This document shows positions 52,526-61,175 of a stretch of 64,000 nucleotides of DNA, piece after piece (position 1 is the first letter of the stretch; every line of letters starts with the position of its first letter). The notes beneath the pieces were generated by a model. The model ran no database searches, had not been told where the DNA came from, and saw nothing but the letters and a program-made list of their open reading frames with translations. Location: positions 10,324 to 74,323 of the forward strand of contig CANHVU010000014.1 of assembly GCA_947464275.1 (NCBI GenBank), written 5' to 3'. The position numbers were made by a program, and so were the translations under genes. The stretch comes from Bacteroidota bacterium. Its GTDB lineage: Bacteria; Bacteroidota; Bacteroidia; UKL13-3.

Positions 52526-53443
52526 ATGGCTTTTGAAGTAACAATTTTAGGCAATAGTAGTGCATCGCCAGCACCCAATAGGCATCCAAGTGGTCAGTAT
52601 TTAAACATACTTGATCATCACATTCTTATCGATTGTGGCGAAGGAACTCAAATGCAATTGCAACGCTATAAAATTAAGAAATCTCGCATTAACCAAATAT
52701 TTATTAGCCATGTTCATGGCGATCATATTTTGGGTTTACCGGGTTTGTTACTCAGTATGAATTTAATGGGTCGCGAAGCTCCAGTTGATATTTATGGTCC
52801 AAAGGAATTGTTCGAAATTTTAAATGTATTTTTTAAATACAGCGATACACGTTTTAGCTTTGAGTTAAATTATCATACTGTTGACCCCAATAAAACGGAA
52901 GTAATTTTTGAAAATATTTACTACAAAGTAATTTCATTTCCCTTGTTTCACAGAGTTCCAACTGCTGGTTTTTTGTTTCAAGAACGCAGCAAATTACGCA
53001 AGTTAAATGTAGAAGCTTGCGAAAAAATGAAAGTTCCGTTTACGCATTTTAACGATTTAAAACGCGGACGCGATTATTTAAGTCCAGATGGTAAAACGCA
53101 TATCAAAAACGAATTATTAACTTTTGATCCAGGTAAGCCAATAACTTATGCTTATTGCAGCGATACTATTTTTGACGAAAGAGTAATTCAATCAGTGCAA
53201 GAAGCAGATATACTTTACCACGAAGCTACTTTTATGCACGATAAATTGGCAAGAGCCATTGATACCATGCATACCACTGCCAAACAAGCAGGAATAGTAG
53301 CTAGCAATGCCAATGTAGAAAAATTAATTATTGGCCATTTTAGCGCACGTTACGATGATTTGCAACCTTTGTTAGCCGAGGCTAGAACTGAGTTTGCCAA
53401 TACCGATATAGCTGATGAAGGACGCACTTTTATTATGGAATAA
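52526..53443 (+). CDS. rnz: ribonuclease Z (metallo-beta-lactamase fold)
   Basis: MAFEVTILGNSSASP N-terminus; HVHGDH zinc motif; 305 aa. Confidence 0.8.
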   Translation: MAFEVTILGNSSASPAPNRHPSGQYLNILDHHILIDCGEGTQMQLQRYKIKKSRINQIFISHVHGDHILGLPGLLLSMNLMGREAPVDIYGPKELFEILNVFFKYSDTRFSFELNYHTVDPNKTEVIFENIYYKVISFPLFHRVPTAGFLFQERSKLRKLNVEACEKMKVPFTHFNDLKRGRDYLSPDGKTHIKNELLTFDPGKPITYAYCSDTIFDERVIQSVQEADILYHEATFMHDKLARAIDTMHTTAKQAGIVASNANVEKLIIGHFSARYDDLQPLLAEARTEFANTDIADEGRTFIME

Positions 53444-53608
53444 CTAACACAGATTAGCTGATTAAGTGATTTTCTAATTGTTTAATAGGCTTGATTTGAA
53501 TGCTTGGATATTATTTTTTTCAAACCTTTTTATTTTTAATTTAATTAAATGGTTTTGTAAAATATACAAAGCAATAAAAAACTTATATTTGCCCTCTTTT
53601 ATTTATAC

Positions 53609-54487
53609 ATGCAAACATTTACACCTAACAATTGGCAGCAATACGAACTTTTAGATTGTGGCGATTTTGAAAAGCTAGAAAAATTTGGTTCATTGGTTTT
53701 ACGCAGACCTGAACCTCAAGCTTTATGGAGTAAAAAATGGAGCGAACAAGAGTGGCAAAAATTAACCGATATTACTTTTAAACCTCGCACTAGCCATAGT
53801 GGCGAATGGATAAAAAAGAATAAAACTGCAGGCGAACGTTGGAAAATGAACTACAAACACAACGATTTGAACCTGAACTTTAATTTAGCGCTTACTTCGT
53901 TTAAGCATGTAGGCATTTTTCCTGAACAAGCCGCTAATTGGGATTATATTTTCCAAAACTTAAAAAAGGTAAAAGGTGAGCAACCTAGGTTTTTAAATTT
54001 ATTTGCTTACACAGGTGGCGCAAGTATAGCTGCTAAAGCTGCTGGAGCCGATGTTACCCACGTTGATAGTGTGAAACAAGTAATTACTTGGAGTAAAGAA
54101 AATATGGAATCTTCTGGCTTAAGCGACATACGTTGGGTGGTGGAAGATGCCATGAAATTTGTAAAACGCGAAGTAAAACGTGGTAAAACTTACCATGGAA
54201 TTATTTTAGATCCTCCTGCATACGGAATTGGTGCCAATGGCGAACGTTGGCAGTTAGAAAATAGCATTAATGAGTTACTGCAAGATGTGGCCAAAATTTT
54301 AGAGCCCAATAACCATTTTTTGATTTTAAATGTTTACTCTCTTGGTTTAAGTGCCTTGGTGGTTCAAAATTTAGTGGAAAGTAATTTTAAACAAACCAAA
54401 AACTTAGATTTTGGTGAATTATATCTACAGGGAAAATCAGGTATTCAATTGCCTTTAGGAATAGTTGGCAGGTATAGTTTATTGTAG
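53609..54487 (+). CDS. class I SAM-dependent methyltransferase (putative rRNA methyltransferase)
   Basis: Rossmann-type motifs FAYTGGASIAA and ILDPPAYG. Confidence 0.6.
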   Translation: MQTFTPNNWQQYELLDCGDFEKLEKFGSLVLRRPEPQALWSKKWSEQEWQKLTDITFKPRTSHSGEWIKKNKTAGERWKMNYKHNDLNLNFNLALTSFKHVGIFPEQAANWDYIFQNLKKVKGEQPRFLNLFAYTGGASIAAKAAGADVTHVDSVKQVITWSKENMESSGLSDIRWVVEDAMKFVKREVKRGKTYHGIILDPPAYGIGANGERWQLENSINELLQDVAKILEPNNHFLILNVYSLGLSALVVQNLVESNFKQTKNLDFGELYLQGKSGIQLPLGIVGRYSLL

Positions 54488-54577
54488 ATTTAAGCTCTTC
54501 TTAACTTCAGTTTATTATCCTACAATTAATAGTCGATTATCTAATTGAGTTCGGAAAATTTTCTATTCAGTAAATTT

Positions 54578-55165
54578 TTACAATTTTCCAGCCAATCGTA
54601 ACTTTTCATTTATGTTGGCAGCATTCAATTGAATTTGAGGCCTAATTTTATTGAACGCATCTAATATTGCATCAGAATAAGATTTTCTCGCTGCATTTGA
54701 TAGCGAATAACCATAATACATTGCAGCTTTTACCCTTGATTCACCTATTGCAGAGTATTTACTAATTAATTTATTATCTCTATCCATTATTCTAATTTCT
54801 ACTTCTACTTTATAGCTAATATTCGAGCAAGGAAACCCAAATAAAGTGGGAACATATAGTAAAATTGCTGATGGAATAAGATAGCCCATTCCGTGATTCA
54901 CTTTAATAATATTTTTCTTTAAAGCTATATAACCATATTTGTCACCATAAGGATCTATAAGGTTATTTTCTACTTCTTTAGTAAATAGTATTAACTCATC
55001 TCCATTTGCAACTACAGTTGTATTTGATAAATCCTCTATTCTTCTTTCTAGTGTAAGAAGTTTGGGAGTTAATGGATCATTTTTGGGCACTAACATTGAA
55101 GAATCCCATGATTTGCACCCAGTAAAAATAACTAGACTTAATAAATAGAAAATTGTTTTGTTCAT
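54578..55165 (-). CDS. hypothetical lipoprotein
   Basis: Lipobox (IFTGCKS). Confidence 0.4.
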   Translation of the reverse strand: MNKTIFYLLSLVIFTGCKSWDSSMLVPKNDPLTPKLLTLERRIEDLSNTTVVANGDELILFTKEVENNLIDPYGDKYGYIALKKNIIKVNHGMGYLIPSAILLYVPTLFGFPCSNISYKVEVEIRIMDRDNKLISKYSAIGESRVKAAMYYGYSLSNAARKSYSDAILDAFNKIRPQIQLNAANINEKLRLAGKL

Positions 55166-55259
55166 TTTATAACCGTTTAATAATAATTCTAATCAACAAT
55201 AATAATAATTTTCATTCATTTTTTTTTTAAGTTTATTACCAATTATTAGTTTATGATAG

Positions 55260-55511
55260 CTAGGTATTTTTTTTCCGTTTTTTCATCATTATTTCTAAAT
55301 GATTTTGAGGGTTAAAGTCAGAATTTATGCCACTATTTATACCTTCGTCAATAGCTTTTTTAAGCGCAATTAGTTTGTTTTCTTCTATTTCAAGTAAACG
55401 TAATCCTGCTCTAATTACTTCACTCGCATTTTGATAACGACCTAATGAAAGGCTTTCTTCCACAAAGGTTTCAAAATGATCTCCTAGTGATATTGATGTA
55501 TTTTTCCCCAT
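55260..55511 (-). CDS. parD: ParD-family type II antitoxin (RHH), apparently orphan
   Basis: MGKNTSISLGDHFETFVEESLSLGRYQNASEVIRAGLRLLE is a near-consensus ParD/COG3609 N-terminus; no ParE-sized ORF is adjacent. Confidence 0.7.
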   Translation of the reverse strand: MGKNTSISLGDHFETFVEESLSLGRYQNASEVIRAGLRLLEIEENKLIALKKAIDEGINSGINSDFNPQNHLEIMMKKRKKNT

Positions 55512-55598
55512 AATTATTTTTTACACAAAATTACCAAATTTTGGTAATTTTCAATTTTTTTATTTACCCCAAATTAATCTTCTAATTTTGTAATTAAA

Positions 55599-56162
55599 CT
55601 AAACCTTCAACATTCCTCTAAATCCTCTGGCTGCGTAATACGATTGTGCTCCATTATGATATACAAATACATGGTTATACCTAAAATCGGCAAATAAGGC
55701 TCCTCCAAGTTTTCTAATGGGTGCAGGGGTTTCTATCCAACTCGATGTTTTTGCATCAAAATTTCCTAACTGCAATAGGTTTCGGTATTGCGTTTCGTTT
55801 AATAGAGTGATGCCCATTTCTGTTGCCATATTCAATGCACTGCCCGCAGGTTTGTTTTCTTTTCGAGCATCTAAAGCTTCATTGTCAAAACACAAACTTC
55901 TGCGTCCGCTAGGGCTTTCGGCCGAACAATCAACAAAAATAAATTCATTGGTTTTCGTGTCAAAGTTTATTACATCAGGCTCGCCACCTGTAATTTCCAT
56001 TTGGTTAAGCGACCATAGTTTTTGTTTGTTTTCACTCAGGTCTAACTTTGCTTGCACCTTTGCCCAATCTATATTTGCATGGCGATTGGTATGTTTTTCG
56101 AAACGATTTTTCAAAGTTTCTATTAACTTTTTAGCATCTTCAGCGGATAATTCTTTTTTCAT
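55599..56162 (-). CDS. DUF4256-like protein of unknown function
   Basis: 187 aa; family assignment from memory only. Confidence 0.4.
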   Translation of the reverse strand: MKKELSAEDAKKLIETLKNRFEKHTNRHANIDWAKVQAKLDLSENKQKLWSLNQMEITGGEPDVINFDTKTNEFIFVDCSAESPSGRRSLCFDNEALDARKENKPAGSALNMATEMGITLLNETQYRNLLQLGNFDAKTSSWIETPAPIRKLGGALFADFRYNHVFVYHNGAQSYYAARGFRGMLKV

Positions 56163-56186
56163 AAAATGTATTTAGTCCAAGTATGT

Positions 56187-56765
56187 TTAATCATTTAATC
56201 CTTTGCCTTCAAAAATTTGAGGAATATATTTTTCAATTCTTGCCTCGCGGGTTTTAGCTTGTTTAGGTTGAGCAAAGTGTAATAAATAGCCACGTTGCCT
56301 GCCAGGAGTTAGTGCTTCAAAAGCTTTCTTTAGTTCTGTACTTTGGTTTAATTTTAGTTGAAACTCTTCAGGAATTTCGTATTCAGTAGTTTTTTTAAGT
56401 GTAACTTTTAAACCTGCTTTTTCTACTTCAATGGCTTCAAAAATGTATGTTTTTATTATTGCTTCTTGCTCGGTTACTTGGGCTAAATTGGTAAACCTAA
56501 TTTGGCGGGTAGCTTGTACATTTTTCGATTGTTGAATTAACATATCGTGCGTATCAGTAAGCAAAGCACCTTTAAAAAACAAAAACGCGCAATACTCTTT
56601 AAAAGTATGAATAGGTATTATGTTGTTTTCTTGAAAAGTATAACATGGTGTTCCCCATTTTAACTCTTCGGTTAAGTTGCAGCTAAGGGCTATGGCTCGC
56701 ATTTTTGTAATTTCTTGCTGCCATTTTTGTTCTTTGGTAAAATAAAAATCAACCTTTGGGTTCAT
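56187..56765 (-). CDS. YdeI/OmpD-associated (DUF1801-like) family protein
   Basis: C-terminal FEALTPGRQRGYLLHFAQPKQAKTREARIEKYIPQI matches the YdeI/OmdA signature. Confidence 0.55.
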   Translation of the reverse strand: MNPKVDFYFTKEQKWQQEITKMRAIALSCNLTEELKWGTPCYTFQENNIIPIHTFKEYCAFLFFKGALLTDTHDMLIQQSKNVQATRQIRFTNLAQVTEQEAIIKTYIFEAIEVEKAGLKVTLKKTTEYEIPEEFQLKLNQSTELKKAFEALTPGRQRGYLLHFAQPKQAKTREARIEKYIPQIFEGKGLND

Positions 56766-56821
56766 ATGGGTAAAATGTAATCAAACTTAATCTTTTTATT
56801 ACAATTAGAAATTGATACCAT

Positions 56822-56856
56822 AAAAAAATCCGAAGTTTTTGGCTTCGGATTTTTGT
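56822..56856 (-). terminator. rho-independent terminator for the LytTR gene
   Basis: atccgaag tttttgg cttcggat; on the minus strand it is followed by ttttttt. Confidence 0.7.
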
Positions 56857-56859
56857 TTA

Positions 56860-57597
56860 TTACATTTTGTATTTTTTCTTAATTTGGAAGAAATAACTGC
56901 GGCTTATTTCGAAAGGTTTTTCAACTCCTTTTAGGTGTAAGCGGCCTGTATCGTTGGTCCATTTTTCAATTTTTTGAACGTTTAGCAAATTAACTATGGT
57001 TGAGCGATGGATTTGAATAAAAACATCAACCGGTAATTTGGCATCCCAGTTCTTAATTGAATTATAGGTAATACTTAATTTACCATCCGTCATATACACT
57101 TTGGTATAGTTTCCATAAGCTTCTATATAGTTAATATCGCTTATTTTTATAAAATTCATTTTATTATCAAAGTTTAATAAAATGATTTGGTCAGATTGGA
57201 AGGTTTCATCGTTTTCGTTACCATTTTCTGCAGTTTCATCAACTGGTGAAGTAATTCTTTCAATGGCTTTACTAATTCGTTTTGAGCTAACTGGTTTAAT
57301 AATATAATCAACAGCGTTTAGTTCAAAAGCTTTTATAGCAAAGTTTTCGTGAGAGGTAATAAAAATAATTTTAGGTGTACAATTAATTTCGCCAATTAAA
57401 TCAATAGACGTTAATCCATTTAAATCAATATCTAAAAATAATAAATCGGGTTGTAATAAGTTAATGATATCTTTAGCTTCATCAAAAGTGGAAGCCTCGC
57501 CTACTAATTCTATATGTGGAAATTGCTCTAAAACCTTCTTTAAAGTAATACGCATTACTTCCACATCATCTACTAAAACTGCTCTAATATTTTTCAT
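56860..57597 (-). CDS. LytTR-family response regulator
   Basis: REC domain (VLVDDVEV, DLLFLDIDLNG); C-terminal LytTR DNA-binding domain (IHRSTIVNL). Confidence 0.85.
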   Translation of the reverse strand: MKNIRAVLVDDVEVMRITLKKVLEQFPHIELVGEASTFDEAKDIINLLQPDLLFLDIDLNGLTSIDLIGEINCTPKIIFITSHENFAIKAFELNAVDYIIKPVSSKRISKAIERITSPVDETAENGNENDETFQSDQIILLNFDNKMNFIKISDINYIEAYGNYTKVYMTDGKLSITYNSIKNWDAKLPVDVFIQIHRSTIVNLLNVQKIEKWTNDTGRLHLKGVEKPFEISRSYFFQIKKKYKM

Positions 57598-57908
57598 TGT
57601 AATTCAAAATTACATGTAAACAATTTAACTTTTATGTTTTACATGCCTCTAGTTAGCAAATTAAATACTTTCTTTTCACATCTGCATTAAATTCTACCAA
57701 AAAAAATTCACAGATTAAAGTTGTCAAAAAAAACTTACAACTAGTTTTTTTCTTGAGATTTATCAATTTTAAATTAAGCCATATTGGTTAATATAAACAA
57801 AATCAGAATATTAAAGGAAACAAAAAATATATAGGAAACTTTTTTTATATAAAAAGTTTCCAAAGTTCATAAAGTTTCTCACATTTGCATACGAATTAAA
57901 GTAAAATA

Positions 57909-58529
57909 ATGGAACCCAAAGATAAGATATTGTTAGGTGCTAATGGCTTGTTTATGAAATATGGCTTTAAAAGCATCACTATGGACGATATAGCCAGAGA
58001 GTTAGGTGTTTCAAAAAAAACATTGTATCAATTTTTTGAGGATAAAAACGATTTGGTTAATCAAACCATAGATTTTCATATAGAGTCGGATATGCAAATT
58101 TGTTGTAGCATTGAAAACGAAGGTCATGACCCAATTGAGTTTATGCTTGAAATGAGTAAGTCAATTACCGAAAAACACCGAAAAGTAAATGTTTCTGTGC
58201 TTTTTGATTTGAGAAAATATTTTAAAGCTGCTTGGGATAAGTTTGATAATTTCAAATCGAATTTTATTTACACCCAAATGTTAAATAATATAAATAAAGG
58301 AAAAGAACTTGGTTTATATCGACAAGATATTGTTTCAGAATTAATAGCAAAATTATATGTACATAGCATTGACTTCATGATGAAACCCGAACTTTACCAA
58401 GAAATTAGTACCGATTTTCAGTATATACACCAAGAAATTTTAAGACACCATTTACGAGGAATTTGTACTGAAAAAGGCTTAAAGAGAATTGATAAATTAA
58501 TAGAAAACCAACACAATAACACAAAATAA
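57909..58529 (+). CDS. TetR/AcrR-family transcriptional regulator
   Basis: N-terminal HTH GFKSITMDDIARELGVSKKTLYQFFEDKNDL. Confidence 0.7.
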   Translation: MEPKDKILLGANGLFMKYGFKSITMDDIARELGVSKKTLYQFFEDKNDLVNQTIDFHIESDMQICCSIENEGHDPIEFMLEMSKSITEKHRKVNVSVLFDLRKYFKAAWDKFDNFKSNFIYTQMLNNINKGKELGLYRQDIVSELIAKLYVHSIDFMMKPELYQEISTDFQYIHQEILRHHLRGICTEKGLKRIDKLIENQHNNTK

Positions 58530-58535
58530 ATAAGT

Positions 58536-59924
58536 ATGATTACTAGAAGTTACATGCTCATAGTAGCAACGTTGTTAAGCATAAATATGCTTTACGCTCA
58601 GCAAAATGTAGAAGTTAAAAAATTGTCATTGCTGGAGGCAATTTCATATGGAAAACAAAATAATGCAACAATTAAAAATGCTAGACTAGATGAGTTATCG
58701 TCTAAAAAATCAGTAAATGAACTTTTGGCCAATGGATTACCCCAAGCCAATGCCGAACTTTCCTACAACCATAATATTGATATTCCAGTTACTCCGCTAC
58801 CTGATTTTATTACTCCTTCGGTTATTGGAGCTAACCAGGCTTATTTTGGATTAACACCCACAAAACAGTTTGTTCCAGGCACTCCAGTGCCAGTTCAGTT
58901 TGGACAAAAGAATTCAGCAACGGCAAGTTTAACCATTGGACAGCTATTGTTTGACGGTACATTTTTTTTGGGGGTGAAAGCAGCTAAAGAATATGTAAAG
59001 CTTTCTACCTTAACTACTCGCAAATCAGAAATTGATGTAGAAACAGATGTAACCAAAGCATATTACTTTGTATTGATTAATGAAGAGCGCCTCATTCAAG
59101 TGAATAAAAATATTGGACTATTAGAAAAAAGTTTAAGCGATTTACGCGAAACGTATAAAGCAGGTTTAGTTGAGAAAATAGAAGTAGATAGATTGGAGTT
59201 AAGTTATTCAAATGCAAAAATTCAGCGTGACCAGTTGAAAGATGGAATAACAATTTCATACCAAGTCTTAAAATTAAATATGGGTGCTAAAGCTTCTGAT
59301 AGCTTAATTTTAACAGAAAAATTAAGTAATTTATCAGATCAACTTAAACCTAATTATGATTTGACAGGAGGTGACTACAATAAGAGAATAGAATACCAAA
59401 TGGCAGAGCAAGGTTTATTACTAAATAAATTAGACAGAAAACGTTATCTAACTGGTTATTTGCCCACTATCACAGCGTTTGCATCAATTGGAAAGAATAC
59501 TTTTTCGACTAATTTTTCAGATTTAGGGAATCAATGGTTTCCGTCAACAATTGTTGGAGGAAAATTGAGTTTGCCAGTTTTTGATGGGTTTAGAAAGCAT
59601 GCACAAACTCAAAAAGCATCAATTGCTATTCAAAAAACTGAGAACTTGAAAAAGAATTTAGAGAATGCAATTGAGTTAGAAAGATATTCAGCAAAAACAA
59701 CTTATTTAAGAACCAATGAACAAGTAAATGCTCAAAAGCAAAATGTAGAATTAGCAGAGCAAATTTATTACAGAGCACAGTTAAAATTAAAAGAAGGAGT
59801 AAGTTCAAGCACTGAATTATTATTAGCTGAAACAGACTTGAAAAATGCTCAAACAAGCTATCTAAGTGCCATGTATGATTTAATGATAGCTCAAATCAAT
59901 GTAAGAAAATCAATAGGATATTAA
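58536..59924 (+). CDS. TolC-family outer-membrane efflux protein
   Basis: Signal peptide; two-repeat coiled-coil/beta-barrel TolC architecture; 462 aa. Confidence 0.8.
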   Translation: MITRSYMLIVATLLSINMLYAQQNVEVKKLSLLEAISYGKQNNATIKNARLDELSSKKSVNELLANGLPQANAELSYNHNIDIPVTPLPDFITPSVIGANQAYFGLTPTKQFVPGTPVPVQFGQKNSATASLTIGQLLFDGTFFLGVKAAKEYVKLSTLTTRKSEIDVETDVTKAYYFVLINEERLIQVNKNIGLLEKSLSDLRETYKAGLVEKIEVDRLELSYSNAKIQRDQLKDGITISYQVLKLNMGAKASDSLILTEKLSNLSDQLKPNYDLTGGDYNKRIEYQMAEQGLLLNKLDRKRYLTGYLPTITAFASIGKNTFSTNFSDLGNQWFPSTIVGGKLSLPVFDGFRKHAQTQKASIAIQKTENLKKNLENAIELERYSAKTTYLRTNEQVNAQKQNVELAEQIYYRAQLKLKEGVSSSTELLLAETDLKNAQTSYLSAMYDLMIAQINVRKSIGY

Positions 59925-59943
59925 TAATTAAAACATAAAAATA

Positions 59944-61077
59944 ATGAAAAACGCAAAAGTAATAATTGCCATTTTATCAGTTATAAGCATCATAATGACT
60001 TCATGTGGTGGCAATACAATTGAAAAGAAACAAGCTAAGCTTGAAAAATTAAAAACTCAGCAAACTGAGTTAACTGCCGAAATTAAAGCGCTTGAAGAAG
60101 AAATAAAATTAAGCGGTGTTAAAACTGAAAAACGCGAAAAAATAGTGAATGTGGCGGTTACAAATGTTGAAACCTCAAACTTTAAACATTTTATTGATGT
60201 TCAAGGAAGAGTAGATGGTGATGAAAACACTACTATCAGTGCTAAAGTTCCAGGCTTGGTATTAAATGTGTTGGTTAAACCAGGTTCGGTAGTTAAAGCT
60301 GGCCAAGTATTAGCTGAGTTAGATGGAAATGCCATTCGCAAACAAATTCAATCAATGGAGACTAACTTAAGTTTAGTTACCGAATTGTATAACAAACAAA
60401 AAGCTTTATGGGAAAAACAAGTAGGTTCTGAAATTCAGTTCAAACAAGCTAAAACCAACAAAGAATCGTTAGAGCAACAAATTTCATCAATGCGCGAACA
60501 ATTATCTATGTATAAAATTACTTCGCCAGTTAATGGAACTATTGATGTAGTAAATTTAAAAGTGGGTCAAACTGCTGCTCCGGGAATGCCTTATTTTTCA
60601 ATAGTTAACTTTAATAAATTAAAAGTAAAAGCTGACGTAGCTGAAAGTTATGCTAATAAAATTAAACAAGGAAATGATGTTGTTATAACTTTCCCTGATA
60701 TAAATAAAACAATCAATACTAAAATTACTTATAGTGGAAAAGGTATTAGTGCTTTAAACAGAACTTTTGGTGTAGAAGTAGCTTTACCAAGCGATGACAG
60801 CTATTTACCAAATATGATTGCAGTTGTTAAAATTATTGATTATGCTAAAAACGATGTAATAGTAATTCCTGTAAATTGTATTCAAAATGCAGATGGCGAA
60901 AACTTTGTATACGTTGCAGTTAAAGAAGGTAGCAGAACCATTGCAAAAAAACGTGTGGTAAATGTTGGTGTTACTTACAATGATAAAGCTGAAATTATTG
61001 GTGGCATTGCAAAAGGTGAACAATTAATTACCGATGGTTACAGTGACTTAAATGATGGTGAGCTAATTAAATTTTAA
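59944..61077 (+). CDS. efflux RND transporter periplasmic adaptor (membrane-fusion protein)
   Basis: Lipobox; coiled-coil; HlyD-like lipoyl and beta-barrel segments. Confidence 0.8.
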   Translation: MKNAKVIIAILSVISIIMTSCGGNTIEKKQAKLEKLKTQQTELTAEIKALEEEIKLSGVKTEKREKIVNVAVTNVETSNFKHFIDVQGRVDGDENTTISAKVPGLVLNVLVKPGSVVKAGQVLAELDGNAIRKQIQSMETNLSLVTELYNKQKALWEKQVGSEIQFKQAKTNKESLEQQISSMREQLSMYKITSPVNGTIDVVNLKVGQTAAPGMPYFSIVNFNKLKVKADVAESYANKIKQGNDVVITFPDINKTINTKITYSGKGISALNRTFGVEVALPSDDSYLPNMIAVVKIIDYAKNDVIVIPVNCIQNADGENFVYVAVKEGSRTIAKKRVVNVGVTYNDKAEIIGGIAKGEQLITDGYSDLNDGELIKF

Positions 61078-61175
61078 AATAGCCTCTGGCTATTAATTAC
61101 TAAAAATTAAATTATAAAAAATTATAGCTAAGGTAATCTAGATAGTAAAATCCAAAAGCATTAATCATAAAAATT

